Virus record (IMG/VR): IMGVR_UViG_3300048996_000163
Span: 1-64,000 of that record
DNA length: 64,000 nt
Reading direction: 5' to 3' (one strand)
From: a virus
A program made the position numbers and the translations under genes. The notes beneath the pieces are model-generated. The model did not search any database. It was not told where the DNA came from and saw nothing but the letters and a program-made list of their open reading frames with translations. The first letter of the stretch is position 1, and every line of letters starts with the position of its first letter. Shown piece after piece: positions 1 to 9,387 of the stretch.

Positions 1-162
1 CCGGGCGGCGCGCGTCGGCCGGTCCGCCCCTCCCCCACCTGCCAGTGACGGCCCCGCGCGGGCTGTCGTCAGCCGAGGCCGGCACGCCCGGGGTGATTTG
101 CGGATCGACCCGACCGTCGAGATCACGCCCGTGCAGGTCCAGCGGGTTCTCGGCGGTGCGCG

Positions 163-330
163 GTGACGACGTTCTACGTGTACGTGAAAGGCCACTGCCG
201 GCTCACCACCCACGACCAGCAGGTCGCGGACCGGTACGCCGCCGCGGTCCCCGGGAGCCGGATCGTCCCCGTCGTGCGGCAGCCGACCGCAGGGGAACTC
301 CTCGCCGGTGAACGGCGGGTGGCCGCGTGA
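163..330 (+). CDS. Small hypothetical protein (55 aa)
   Basis: GTG at 163, VTTFYVYVKGHCRLTT..., ends in GTGA overlapping the next start; read by eye, below the ORF-track cut-off. Confidence 0.5.
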   Translation: MTTFYVYVKGHCRLTTHDQQVADRYAAAVPGSRIVPVVRQPTAGELLAGERRVAA

Positions 331-2207
331 CCGCGGTCCTGCCGGAGCGTCCAGTGCTGGTCGACCGGCCCGGCGTCTACGACATGGACGAGGTCACCTA
401 CTTCTCCGACCCTGTTCCCGTCGGCTCCCTGTCGGCGTCGGGCGCGAAGCTGCTCCTCCCGCCGTCGTGCCCTGCCCTGTTCCGTCACGCTGCCGACAAT
501 CCGCCGAAGGCGAAGCGGGAGTTCGACATCGGTCACGCCGCCCACAAGTACGTCCTGGGCGTCGGCACCGAGCTCGTCTCTGTCGAGGCAAACGACTGGC
601 GGACGACGAAGGCCAAGGAGGCGGCGAAGGCCGCCCGCGCCGAGGGCAAGATCCCGCTACTGGCCCGCGAGGTCGCGCAGGTCAAGGCGATGGCGGCGGC
701 GCTGCGCCGCAACCCGTACGCGGCGGCGCTGCTGAACCCCGAGCGTGGCAAGCCGGAGCAGTCCATCTTCTGGTTCGACGAGACGTTCGGCATCTGGCGC
801 CGGGCGCGCCTGGACTGGCTGCCCGACGTCGGGCGCGGTCGGTTCATCGTGCCGGACTACAAGGGCTTGGCGCTCGATACACCGATCCCGACGCCTGCTG
901 GCTGGACCAACATGGGCGCTTTGCAAGTAGGTGACGAGGTCTTCAGCTCGTCGGGTGAGCCGTGTCGCGTCGTTCACAAGTCGGAGGTGCACCTCCGTCG
1001 CTGTTTCCGCATCACCTTCGATGACCGTTCAACCGTGATATGCGACGACGAGCACCTCTGGCTCACGTCTGCCGGACAGACGGCGGGCAGGCCACCCAAG
1101 GTTCGGTCAACGCGGGAGATCAAAGCCACCCTTCGGTTGTACGGGCAAAGCCAGCATCGAGTTGCGACGGCTGGACCGCTTGCACTCCCAGAAGCGGGCC
1201 TTCCCATCGACCCGTACGTCTTCGGCTGCTGGCTCGGCGATGGCACGGCGGCTGAGGGGACGATCACCAAGCCGGACGATGAACTGTTCGAACTTATCAC
1301 CGAGCGCGGCTACCAGTGCAGCGAGCCGCACAGCAACGGTGACCGACGGCCGATGACCCGGACCGTCTACGGCCTGCGCAAGCAGCTCCGCCTGGCCGGG
1401 CTCCTTGGGCACAAAGAAGTGCCCGGCGCCTATCTGCGCGCGAGCCGCGATCAGCGCCTCGCGCTCCTCCGCGGCCTGATGGACACCGACGGATCGTGGA
1501 ACTCGACGCGAGGTCAGGCGGTCTTCACCACGACCGACAAGGGTCTTGCGTTGGCTGTTCGTGAGCTGGCATGCAGCCTGGGCCAGCGCGCGATCATGCA
1601 CCATACGACCCAGCGAGGCTTCGGCGTGACCGTGCAGGCATACCCGGTCACCTTTACGCCGAACGGGATCAATCCGTTCTCGCTGTCACGCAAGGCCGAC
1701 CTGGTTCCCGACCCGTCCGCACCACCGCGACGTGGGGATCGCTCCAGGCGCCGCGTAATCGTCGGTGTCGACGAGGTTCCTGCGGTACCGACGCAGTGCA
1801 TCGCGGTGGACTCAACCGATCACACCTATCTGTGCACCGAGCAGATGATCCCCACGCACAACACGTCGACCTCGGCGAACCCCGAGGACTTCCGCAAGGC
1901 CGTCCACAACTTCCGCTACCACGTCCAGGATGCCTGGTATCGGGCCGCGGTCGAAGGTGCCGGTATCGCCGACGACCCGCTGTTCGTCTTCATCGTCCAG
2001 ATGAAGGACCCCCCGTACCTAGTGACGATCGTCCAGCTCGACGCCGACGCGCAGCGTGTCGGCCGCGACCTCGCCGGCCAGGCCATGGACGCGTTCCGCA
2101 GCTGCAACGAGACCGGCGTGTGGCCGGGATTTGCTGACAACGACATCCCCGAAATCGGGCTACCCAAGTGGGCGGTCCGCGACCACGACTCTCGGGGTGA
2201 GTGGTGA
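327..2207 (+). CDS. RecE/ExoVIII-like PD-(D/E)xK exonuclease (DUF3799-like), intein-containing
   Basis: LSASGAK, FDIGHAAH, PEQSIFW, RARLDWL..PDYK|TS, YHVQDAWY and F.FIVQ.K.PPY motifs; upstream of a RecT-like gene. Confidence 0.9.
   Translation: MTAVLPERPVLVDRPGVYDMDEVTYFSDPVPVGSLSASGAKLLLPPSCPALFRHAADNPPKAKREFDIGHAAHKYVLGVGTELVSVEANDWRTTKAKEAAKAARAEGKIPLLAREVAQVKAMAAALRRNPYAAALLNPERGKPEQSIFWFDETFGIWRRARLDWLPDVGRGRFIVPDYKGLALDTPIPTPAGWTNMGALQVGDEVFSSSGEPCRVVHKSEVHLRRCFRITFDDRSTVICDDEHLWLTSAGQTAGRPPKVRSTREIKATLRLYGQSQHRVATAGPLALPEAGLPIDPYVFGCWLGDGTAAEGTITKPDDELFELITERGYQCSEPHSNGDRRPMTRTVYGLRKQLRLAGLLGHKEVPGAYLRASRDQRLALLRGLMDTDGSWNSTRGQAVFTTTDKGLALAVRELACSLGQRAIMHHTTQRGFGVTVQAYPVTFTPNGINPFSLSRKADLVPDPSAPPRRGDRSRRRVIVGVDEVPAVPTQCIAVDSTDHTYLCTEQMIPTHNTSTSANPEDFRKAVHNFRYHVQDAWYRAAVEGAGIADDPLFVFIVQMKDPPYLVTIVQLDADAQRVGRDLAGQAMDAFRSCNETGVWPGFADNDIPEIGLPKWAVRDHDSRGEW
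864..1862 (+). mobile_element. Class 3 intein with LAGLIDADG endonuclease (333 aa, Gly1)
   Basis: GLALDTPIPTPAGW start, CDDEHLW block B, LLRGLMDTDG, TQCIAVD block F, IPTHN/T end; removal restores DYK-TS. Confidence 0.92.
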
Positions 2208-2701
2208 CCCGAGAAATCCCGCTCTCGCGCGGGTTGGTGGCCCTTATCGACGACGCCGATTTCGAGATCGTGCACGCAGTCGGCAAGTGGTACGCCAACC
2301 CGAGCGACCGCACCTTCTATGCACGGAAGAACTTCTGGGTTGATGGCCACTGCCACTCCGTCCGGATGCACACCCTGATCACTGGGTGGGACTACGTCGA
2401 CCACATCAATGGCAATGGACTCGACAACCGCCGGGGGAATCTTCGCCCAGCGAACGACGCCTTGAACTCACGGAACCGCCAGCGGCGCAGTGACAACAAG
2501 TCGGGGTTCAAGGGTGTCCACCTGCACAAAGGGTCCGGGCGTTGGCAAGCCAACGTCAACGTCGATGGTCGTCGGCTCTACCTCGGACTTCACAACACAG
2601 CAGAAGCGGCTGCCCGCGCGTACGACGAGGCGGCCCGCTGCGCTTTCGGATCTTTCGCCCGCCTCAACTTTCCGACCCCCGAACAGGAAGTTAAGCCATG
2701 A
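2201..2701 (+). CDS. HNH endonuclease with AP2 DNA-binding domain (free-standing homing endonuclease type)
   Basis: VDHINGNGLDNRRGNLR; SGFKGV..W.A..YLG.H.TAEAAARAYD. Confidence 0.92.
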   Translation: MVTREIPLSRGLVALIDDADFEIVHAVGKWYANPSDRTFYARKNFWVDGHCHSVRMHTLITGWDYVDHINGNGLDNRRGNLRPANDALNSRNRQRRSDNKSGFKGVHLHKGSGRWQANVNVDGRRLYLGLHNTAEAAARAYDEAARCAFGSFARLNFPTPEQEVKP

Positions 2702-3648
2702 CCGTTGCCATCCGTGCCGAGAGCACGTCCACCGACCTGGCGATGCCGTCGCAGGACCGGTCCCTCAACCGTCTGGCCGAGTGGGCGATGGCGGCTGAGG
2801 CCGCGTTCCGCGTCGCCGACAAGATCGCGCACACGAGCTTCGTCCCGAAGGCGTACTTCGGGAAGCCGATGGAGGTCACCGCCGCGATCCTCGCCGGTGA
2901 CGAGGTCGGCCTCTCCCCCATGGCGTCGCTGCGCGCGTTCGACAACATTCAGGGCATCCCCGCCCCGAAGGCGATCACCCTGCGGGCGATCGCGCAGAGC
3001 TTCGGTCACGACGTCGAGATCGAGGAGGCCAGCGAGACCCGCGCGGTCGTCGCCGGCCGGCGCAAGGGCTCCGAAAAGTGGCAGCGTTCGATCTGGGACC
3101 TGGACCGCGCCCGCAAGCTGGGCCTGCTCAAGAAGGACCAGTGGCAGAACCAGCCGGGCGCGATGCTCGTCGCCCGCGCCACGTCGGAGGCCAGCCGCTG
3201 GGTCGCCTCCGACGCCATCATGGGCATGCCCTACTCGGCGGAGGAGCTGCGCGATCAGGAATCCGCTGGCGAGTCTAACGTCCCGGCTGGCCCAGTGACC
3301 GCGGCGGAAATCCTCGGCACACAGGCCGAGCCCGAGCAGCCCGCCATCAAGGCCGAGGCGACCACCGCCGAGCCGGCCATGCAGCAGACGTCGCCCGTCG
3401 AGGTCGTGCCGGTCTCCGAGGTCCAGCGGAAGCGCATGTTCGCGCTGTGGGGGAAACTCGGCTACGCCGGTGACGAGAACCGGGCGATCCGCCTGGACGT
3501 GACGACCCGCATCCTCGGGCTTCCGCAGATGCTGGGGTCGTCGTCGGACCTGACCGGCGAGCAGGCCGACCGGCTGATCGCAGCGCTGGACCAGCGACTC
3601 GCCGAAATGCCGACCGCCACCGACGCGCCGCAGGACGGTGAGTCCTGA
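2698..3648 (+). CDS. RecT-like single-strand annealing protein
   Basis: FVPKAY.GKP, G.EVGLSPMASLR, W.NQPGAML.ARA motifs; position after the exonuclease. Confidence 0.7.
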   Translation: MTVAIRAESTSTDLAMPSQDRSLNRLAEWAMAAEAAFRVADKIAHTSFVPKAYFGKPMEVTAAILAGDEVGLSPMASLRAFDNIQGIPAPKAITLRAIAQSFGHDVEIEEASETRAVVAGRRKGSEKWQRSIWDLDRARKLGLLKKDQWQNQPGAMLVARATSEASRWVASDAIMGMPYSAEELRDQESAGESNVPAGPVTAAEILGTQAEPEQPAIKAEATTAEPAMQQTSPVEVVPVSEVQRKRMFALWGKLGYAGDENRAIRLDVTTRILGLPQMLGSSSDLTGEQADRLIAALDQRLAEMPTATDAPQDGES

Positions 3649-4085
3649 TGGGTGACCACCGCACCTACCCAGCCGCCGAGCGGGTCGTCACCGAGATGAC
3701 CCGCGAGGGTCTGACGCTGCGGGTGTACGAGAACTCCCGCACCGTGTGCACCGAGGCGGTCCTGTCGCAGGGTGAGGCGCACCGTCTCGCGCACCGTCTC
3801 GTCAACTGGTCGCTGCGGCACGGACCGTGGACGCTGGCGAACGACGAGCCGGACGGCCCGACGATGCCGGAGTTCTGGCCGCCGAAGGCGGGAGAGCTGT
3901 GGCGGGACTGCGAAAACGAGCTGTACGCGGTGACGAAGGGCGGGATGCTCGCCCCGCTGTATGTCGTTGGCGACAGCCCGGCGCCGTACTGGACCGCCGA
4001 TGACTTCCAGGCGAAGCTCGGGCCGGTCCGGCGGGTCTCGCTCTCGCCCGATGCTGAGGACCCGTGGGACAAGGTGCCGTTCTGA
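3648..4085 (+). CDS. Hypothetical protein
   Basis: Translationally coupled ORF with GC3-rich codons. Confidence 0.6.
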   Translation: MGDHRTYPAAERVVTEMTREGLTLRVYENSRTVCTEAVLSQGEAHRLAHRLVNWSLRHGPWTLANDEPDGPTMPEFWPPKAGELWRDCENELYAVTKGGMLAPLYVVGDSPAPYWTADDFQAKLGPVRRVSLSPDAEDPWDKVPF

Positions 4086-4627
4086 TGGCAGCCGAGTCCT
4101 GGGTTTCCGCGGGGGTCGCTGCGTTTGACGCGGCGGCCCCGGCCGGGCCGTTCACCATCCACGCGCAGGTCATGGCCGAGGCCGCCAGCAGTCTGGCGCC
4201 GATTGCGATCGCACCGAGTTCGTCCGGGGGCCGGCGGTTTGCGCTCGGCACGCTGACGCTGGTCGAGCGTCCCGGCGACCGGTGGGCGGTGCGTGACCTG
4301 ACCATCCACGGCCCGGTGCGCTACCTGGACCTGACGGGTCACTGGTCCGCCCAGGGTGGTGACGGGCCGAATTGGGAGGCCGCCTACTGGCACGCCTTCG
4401 ACCTCGCTGTGAGGCTCGCCCAGGACGATCACCGCTGCCTGTCCTGCGGTGCGCTGTACACGGTCGAGGCGCGGGCCGGAGCGCGCAACAGCGCGATCTG
4501 CTGCGTGCCGACCGAGGACGAGGCGCCCGTCGCGGGCTACGGCGACATCGAGATCCCCGCCTGGTGCGCGACCCGCCGGGCGTTCGTGTGGCGCAACGCG
4601 AGCGGCGAAGTCGAGGCGGACCGATGA
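4085..4627 (+). CDS. Hypothetical protein
   Basis: ATG at 4085 overlapping the upstream TGA; CxxC motif. Confidence 0.55.
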   Translation: MAAESWVSAGVAAFDAAAPAGPFTIHAQVMAEAASSLAPIAIAPSSSGGRRFALGTLTLVERPGDRWAVRDLTIHGPVRYLDLTGHWSAQGGDGPNWEAAYWHAFDLAVRLAQDDHRCLSCGALYTVEARAGARNSAICCVPTEDEAPVAGYGDIEIPAWCATRRAFVWRNASGEVEADR

Positions 4628-4782
4628 GCGCTGGACTCGAGGCAGCCCGCTGCCAGTCGGTGAACGAACTGCGGCACCTCGCCGAGCGGGCGCGTGCTGT
4701 CGATGACGCGGAACACGACGAGTGGGCGGTGTGGCTGGAAGAGGACGCCGCCCGCCTCGAAGCTGGCCTGGAGGCGGCGTGA
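4624..4782 (+). CDS. Small hypothetical protein
   Basis: ATGA/GTGA overlaps at both ends. Confidence 0.5.
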   Translation: MSAGLEAARCQSVNELRHLAERARAVDDAEHDEWAVWLEEDAARLEAGLEAA

Positions 4783-5432
4783 GCTTGCCACTGAACCTGA
4801 CGATCCCCGGCGCGGCCCTCACGGTCGCGCCGGGCGGTGCCCCGAAGGTGCTCGGCATCGATCCGAGCCTCACCTGTACCGGCCTCGCCGGCGACGGATG
4901 GACGGCAACGATCCCGACGAGGGGCCGCCGTGCTCGCCAGGGACGCCGCGACTTCGCGCACGGCCGGATGCGGCACATCCTCGACATCGTCCGGGACCAC
5001 CTCCACGGTGTCGACCTGGCCGTCATCGAGGGGCTCGCGATGAGCCCGAAGATGGACGCCGACCGGCAGCTGGCGTGGCTGAACTGGCAGGTCCGCGACC
5101 TGTGCTGGTCGCGGGAGGTGCCGTACGCGGTCGTGTCCCCGTCGGGGCTGAAGCTGTACGCGGTCGGGAAGGGCAGGCGCTCCACGAAGCAGGTCGCCGC
5201 CGACGAGGCTGTCGGCGTGTCGGTGAAGGAGCCGGTTCTCGACGCGGTCCGCGGCTGGTTCGGCTGGTTCGACGGCGGCTCGGACGAGGCCGACGCGAGC
5301 GTTCTCCACGCGATGGGCCGGGACTGGCTGGGCGCGCCCGTCGTCGCGGTGCCGAACGGGCAGCGGGCGGCGCTGGACGGGGTGGCGTGGCCTGAGGTTG
5401 AGCAGCCGATGCGGTTGGGGGTGGCTGCCTGA
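4779..5432 (+). CDS. RuvC-like Holliday junction resolvase
   Basis: [31 protein letters not shown] acidic motifs. Confidence 0.88.
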   Translation: MSLPLNLTIPGAALTVAPGGAPKVLGIDPSLTCTGLAGDGWTATIPTRGRRARQGRRDFAHGRMRHILDIVRDHLHGVDLAVIEGLAMSPKMDADRQLAWLNWQVRDLCWSREVPYAVVSPSGLKLYAVGKGRRSTKQVAADEAVGVSVKEPVLDAVRGWFGWFDGGSDEADASVLHAMGRDWLGAPVVAVPNGQRAALDGVAWPEVEQPMRLGVAA

Positions 5433-6025
5433 TGCCCTCCGGTGTGTACACCCGCCGCCTGACCCCAGAGCAGCTGCACCTGGCGGGTCTGCTCGCCGAC
5501 ACGGACCTCGGTGCGCCGCTGCTCGCGCACAGGTTTGGTCTCTCCGCGGGCGCGTTGCAGCGGCGGAAGGCGACCGTGTACCGGGCGTACGGCGTCCACT
5601 CCCGTGCGGGGCTGCGGTTCGCGAAGTTCCGGATCGCGTCCACCCCGCGCACCTTCGACAAGAACAGCAACGAGTGGAAGGACGGGGAGCCGCTGTTCCT
5701 CGCCTGCAACATCTGGCGGCAGGCGGCAGAGAACGTCGCCGAGTCGCTGCAGCGGGGCTCCCGGGTCATCGTCACCGGCCGGCTGAAGCAACGCAGCTAC
5801 GAGACCCGCGAGGGCGAGAAGCGCACCGTCATCGAACTCGAGGTCGACGAGATCGGTCCGAGCTTGAAGTACGCGACGGCGAAGGTGCAGAAGATGCAGC
5901 GTTCGTCGAGCAGCGGCGGGACGGCGCAGCAGGGTGGCGGGTTCGGCGGCGATGACCCGTGGTCGACCGCAGCGCCGGCCGGTGGCAAGTCGCAGTCCAG
6001 CTTCGGTGACGAGCCCCCGTTCTGA
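5432..6025 (+). CDS. ssb: Single-stranded DNA-binding protein with aberrant (LuxR-HTH-like) N-terminus
   Basis: [51 protein letters not shown] is actinobacterial SSB; the first ~55 aa are not SSB-like. Confidence 0.8.
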   Translation: MPSGVYTRRLTPEQLHLAGLLADTDLGAPLLAHRFGLSAGALQRRKATVYRAYGVHSRAGLRFAKFRIASTPRTFDKNSNEWKDGEPLFLACNIWRQAAENVAESLQRGSRVIVTGRLKQRSYETREGEKRTVIELEVDEIGPSLKYATAKVQKMQRSSSSGGTAQQGGGFGGDDPWSTAAPAGGKSQSSFGDEPPF

Positions 6026-6027
6026 TC

Positions 6028-6558
6028 ATGAAGTTCGCCTTCCTCACCGCCACCGACCGTGCCTGCTCGGGGATGAACACGAACCTGTTCATCCCCGAGC
6101 ACGGCCAGCACAGCAAGGACGCTAAAGCCGTGTGCCGCACCTGCCCACACATCACAGCCTGCCTCGCCTACGCCCGCGAAACCGGCGACGACCACGCCAT
6201 CCTCGGCGGAACCACCGCTGCTGAACGCCGCAAGACCCGGGAGCGGCAGAAGACACCACTGCAGCAGGTGATCGCAGCCCGACGCGCCGCAGTCGCCAGC
6301 ATGAGCGACAGCGGGCTTACACCGACGGAGATCTCGGGGGTGCTGCGGCTGCCGTTGGCGACCGTCACCGCCGACAAGATCCACAGCGGCAAGCGGGCCG
6401 GCGCGCAGGCCGACCCGAACCTGAACGCGCGCATCGACGAACTCGACCAGCGCGGCGTATCGCCGACAGCGATCGCGCAGATGCTGCACATCGGCAGGCG
6501 GACCGTCTACAACCGCCGCGCCCAGCGTGCCGCCGAACGCGAGCAGGTGGCGGCGTGA
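6028..6558 (+). CDS. WhiB family regulator with C-terminal HTH-like segments
   Basis: AC..LF..AKAVCRTCP....CL.YA..ILGG....ERR. Confidence 0.88.
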   Translation: MKFAFLTATDRACSGMNTNLFIPEHGQHSKDAKAVCRTCPHITACLAYARETGDDHAILGGTTAAERRKTRERQKTPLQQVIAARRAAVASMSDSGLTPTEISGVLRLPLATVTADKIHSGKRAGAQADPNLNARIDELDQRGVSPTAIAQMLHIGRRTVYNRRAQRAAEREQVAA

Positions 6559-6860
6559 TCACCGGCAGCGCCTCCGGCGCCGGCTCGCACCTGCCGCAGC
6601 CGATGCCGCCGTTCGCCGGGGACCCGCGGATCCTGTGCACGCCGGCTGACGACGACATCCTGTTCCCACACCGCCCGTCGGTCGAGGCGACCGCCGCCGC
6701 GGTGAAGCTGTGCGAGCCGTGCGAGTTGCGGGCCGCCTGCCTCGCGTACGGGCTGCGCCACTCCCCTCACTTCGGAGTGTTCGGCGGCTACACGCCAACC
6801 GCGCGCCGGGCCCTGCTGCGACGGCGCAACCAACCCACTCAACTGGAGGCAGCCGCATGA
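6555..6860 (+). CDS. WhiB family regulator
   Basis: C..LF..LCEPCELRAACL.YG..GVFGG.T...RR. Confidence 0.85.
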   Translation: MITGSASGAGSHLPQPMPPFAGDPRILCTPADDDILFPHRPSVEATAAAVKLCEPCELRAACLAYGLRHSPHFGVFGGYTPTARRALLRRRNQPTQLEAAA

Positions 6861-7483
6861 CAGGCCAGTTCATCGTCTTCGAAGGCGGCGAAGGCTCGGG
6901 CAAAACCACGCAGGTCCGCCTCCTCGCTGCCGCCCTCAACCACGACGCGCTCGTCACCCGCCAGCCCGGCGGCACCGCCATCGGCCGGATCATCCGTAGC
7001 CTGCTCCTCGACAGCCCCACTGGGTCGGTCAGCGACCGCGCCGAGGCGCTGCTGTACGCCGCGGACCGCGCGCAGCACGTCGACGAGGTCATCCGGCCTG
7101 CCCTCGAAGCCGGCACTGTCGTCATCTCCGACCGGTACGTCGACTCCAGCCTCGCCTACCAGGCCGCAGGCCGGGACATGGACGGGGCGTGGATTCAGGA
7201 ACTGTCCCGCTGGGCGACCGATGGACTCGTGCCCGACCTGACGATCGTCCTCGACGTCCACCCGGAGATCGGGCTGCAGCGTGCCGCTCGTCGCGGTGCC
7301 GCGGACCGGCTCGAGCAGGAGGACATCGGGTTCCACTGGCGGGTCCGCGACGCGTTCCTCGCGCTCGCCGAAGCCGACCCCGGCCGGTACCTTGTGCTTG
7401 AGGCTGGGCAGCCCGCCGATTGGCTCGCCGACATCATCGCCGAACGAGTCCGTGGGCTCGTCGCCGCAGGAGCCGCCGCGTGA
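6857..7483 (+). CDS. tmk: Thymidylate (dTMP) kinase
   Basis: FIVFEGGEGSGKTTQ P-loop, TRQPGGT, ADRAQHV, DRYVDSSLAYQ, DRLEQE; ATG 6857 preceded by GGAGG. Confidence 0.95.
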   Translation: MTGQFIVFEGGEGSGKTTQVRLLAAALNHDALVTRQPGGTAIGRIIRSLLLDSPTGSVSDRAEALLYAADRAQHVDEVIRPALEAGTVVISDRYVDSSLAYQAAGRDMDGAWIQELSRWATDGLVPDLTIVLDVHPEIGLQRAARRGAADRLEQEDIGFHWRVRDAFLALAEADPGRYLVLEAGQPADWLADIIAERVRGLVAAGAAA

Positions 7484-8256
7484 CCCCCGACCTTCACCCC
7501 GACGACCGCGCCCACGTCGAAGCGGTCGCCGCCGAGCTGCGCGGCCACCGCCGGCGCCTGGAACTCACCGCCGTCGAGGTCGCCGCCCGCATCGGCACCG
7601 GCCGCAACGCCGTCCGCGCCGCCGAAGTCGAACCGAACCGGCGGACCGGCACCCTGCAGCAGTACGCGTACGCGCTCGGGATGCGGCTCGTGTTCCACCT
7701 CGACGGGCTACCCGACATCGTCGACCCGACCGCGCAGACACTGGCCCGGTCGGCGCGGCAGGCGAAGGACTGGCGCCGGTCGCACTCGTTCGAACGGGCC
7801 GCGCTCGGCGCGAGGCTCGGTGCGATCCGACGGCATCTCAAACTCACGCAGACGGAACTCGCCGGGAAGCTCGGCCGGGACCCGGGGTTCATCTCCCACC
7901 TGGAGCAGGGCACCGCCGACGACCCGCTCCTCGGCAACTATCAGCAGGCGGCCCGCACGTTGGGCGGGATGCTACGGATGCGGATCGTCCCGGACGGTTC
8001 GACGGACGAGACGCGGCTGCTGGCGCTGCTGGACGAACTCGGCGACCACAGCCTCGTAGCAGCGGTCCGGTACCGGGCCGCTACGCCCATCGGCACCGTC
8101 AAGGGCCTGTCGCTGCTGGACGCTCAGCTCGCTGTCGCCGAGCACGGCGGCCACGTCGAACAGGCGGAACTGTGGCTGCTCCCCACCCGGCACAAGGTGC
8201 TGGGGCCGTGGCTGCCATACGCCGAGAACACCCCCGTATCCCCCGCAGCCAACTGA
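7480..8256 (+). CDS. Protein with two XRE-type helix-turn-helix domains
   Basis: LRGHRRRLELTAVEVAARIG and IRRHLKLTQTELAGKLG...ISHLEQG. Confidence 0.75.
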   Translation: MTPDLHPDDRAHVEAVAAELRGHRRRLELTAVEVAARIGTGRNAVRAAEVEPNRRTGTLQQYAYALGMRLVFHLDGLPDIVDPTAQTLARSARQAKDWRRSHSFERAALGARLGAIRRHLKLTQTELAGKLGRDPGFISHLEQGTADDPLLGNYQQAARTLGGMLRMRIVPDGSTDETRLLALLDELGDHSLVAAVRYRAATPIGTVKGLSLLDAQLAVAEHGGHVEQAELWLLPTRHKVLGPWLPYAENTPVSPAAN

Positions 8257-8267
8257 AGGAGACCCCC

Positions 8268-9053
8268 ATGTTCGGTAAGACGAAGACCCGCCCGGTCAGC
8301 ACCAACCTGACCCCGGCCCGCACCATCCGGCTCGCCAAGCCCGACACCACCGCCGCGCAGGTCAACCTGGAGAAGGCCGACGCCGGCGGGCACATCAGCC
8401 TCGTCAAGCAGGCACAGTCCGTCGGCGACCAACTGGAGAAACGCGGCCTCCTCGGCGTGCACGCGGAGCCGTGGCTGCTGCTGGACCGGTCCGGGTCGAT
8501 GGCCGGCCACTACAAATCCGGGGCCGTCCAGGCGATCGTCGAGCGGGCCCTGGCGTTCGCGCTGCTGACCTCACCGACCGGCACCGTCAACGTCGTCGGG
8601 TTCGGCTCCGGCGTCACGAAAATCGTCAAGGTCACCCAGGACAACTACCGCGGGGTCATCGGTCGGGACATCCCGCCGCCCGGACGGGACACCACGAACC
8701 TGACCGCCGCCCTCGACATCGTCCTCGATCGTGCGAAGGTCGCGGACCTGCCGTTGTTCGTGACCGTCGTCGCGGACGGCGGTGCCGACAATCCAGCCTC
8801 AGCCACGGCGCGGTTCTGCACGTCGGCGCAGTACCCGGTCTTCATGAAGCTCCTTGCCGTGATCCCGGTGCCGTACTTCGCGACCCTTGACGACCTGGAC
8901 GGCACGCAGCGGCTCCTCGACAACATCGACGCCAAGCCGGAGAAGGGTGGCAAGAGCCTTCTCGACATGGACGGCGACGAGTTCGCGGAGGCGATGGTCG
9001 ACGAGTGGGACGGCTGGGTCAAGACCGCCACGGCGGCGGGCGTCCTGGCGTAA
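8268..9053 (+). CDS. vWA domain protein (TerF C-terminal-like)
   Basis: MIDAS DRSGSM, then TNL and ADG, LDDL..RLLDN; ATG 8268 with AAGGAG RBS. Confidence 0.85.
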   Translation: MFGKTKTRPVSTNLTPARTIRLAKPDTTAAQVNLEKADAGGHISLVKQAQSVGDQLEKRGLLGVHAEPWLLLDRSGSMAGHYKSGAVQAIVERALAFALLTSPTGTVNVVGFGSGVTKIVKVTQDNYRGVIGRDIPPPGRDTTNLTAALDIVLDRAKVADLPLFVTVVADGGADNPASATARFCTSAQYPVFMKLLAVIPVPYFATLDDLDGTQRLLDNIDAKPEKGGKSLLDMDGDEFAEAMVDEWDGWVKTATAAGVLA

Positions 9054-9059
9054 GTGGTC

Positions 9060-9089
9060 GGGCCGGGCGGCAGGAAGGTCGCCCGGCCC
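9060..9089 (+). terminator. GC-rich stem-loop after the vWA gene
   Basis: GGGCCGGGCGGC-AGGAAG-GTCGCCCGGCCC; no strong U-tract. Confidence 0.45.
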
Positions 9090-9123
9090 TCGTTCCTGAT
9101 CTGAATCATCGAAGGAGAGCATC

Positions 9124-9387
9124 ATGACCAACTACGTCGCCACCACGATCGACCGTCTCGCCGAGCTCCTGCCCGGCTGCGACCCGGACCTGCTGCGCCT
9201 CTACCTGCTGCTCGCCTTGGTGAAGGGCGCCCACGTCACCAACAGAGACGTTCACGACGCATGGTCGGCGTGGTGCCACACGACCCGGCCCGACCACCGG
9301 TCGCTGATCCCGTTCGACGAGCTCACCCCGGAGGCGCAGGCGTTGGACACGAAGTACGCGGAGGCGATCCGGGCGGTCGCGGCGTGA
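9124..9387 (+). CDS. Small phage protein with RyR-domain-like motif
   Basis: VHDAWSAW...HRSLIPFDEL..E.QALD; AAGGAG RBS. Confidence 0.7.
   Translation: MTNYVATTIDRLAELLPGCDPDLLRLYLLLALVKGAHVTNRDVHDAWSAWCHTTRPDHRSLIPFDELTPEAQALDTKYAEAIRAVAA

Noticed and set aside
5441-5452. GGTGTGTACACC, similar to the RHH operator
   Set aside because: Shorter spacing, single copy, inside a coding sequence; may be chance
3665-5791. 708-aa minus-strand ORF, and similar long antisense ORFs (35582-37420, 43927-45162, 59875-62700)
   Set aside because: Shadow frames of GC3-rich plus-strand genes; no motifs or RBS
7281-8267. Long N-terminal extensions in the ORF track (also 6710, 41887, 43780, 59455, 61305 starts)
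   Set aside because: They overlap upstream genes; downstream starts with RBS or stop-start coupling were chosen instead
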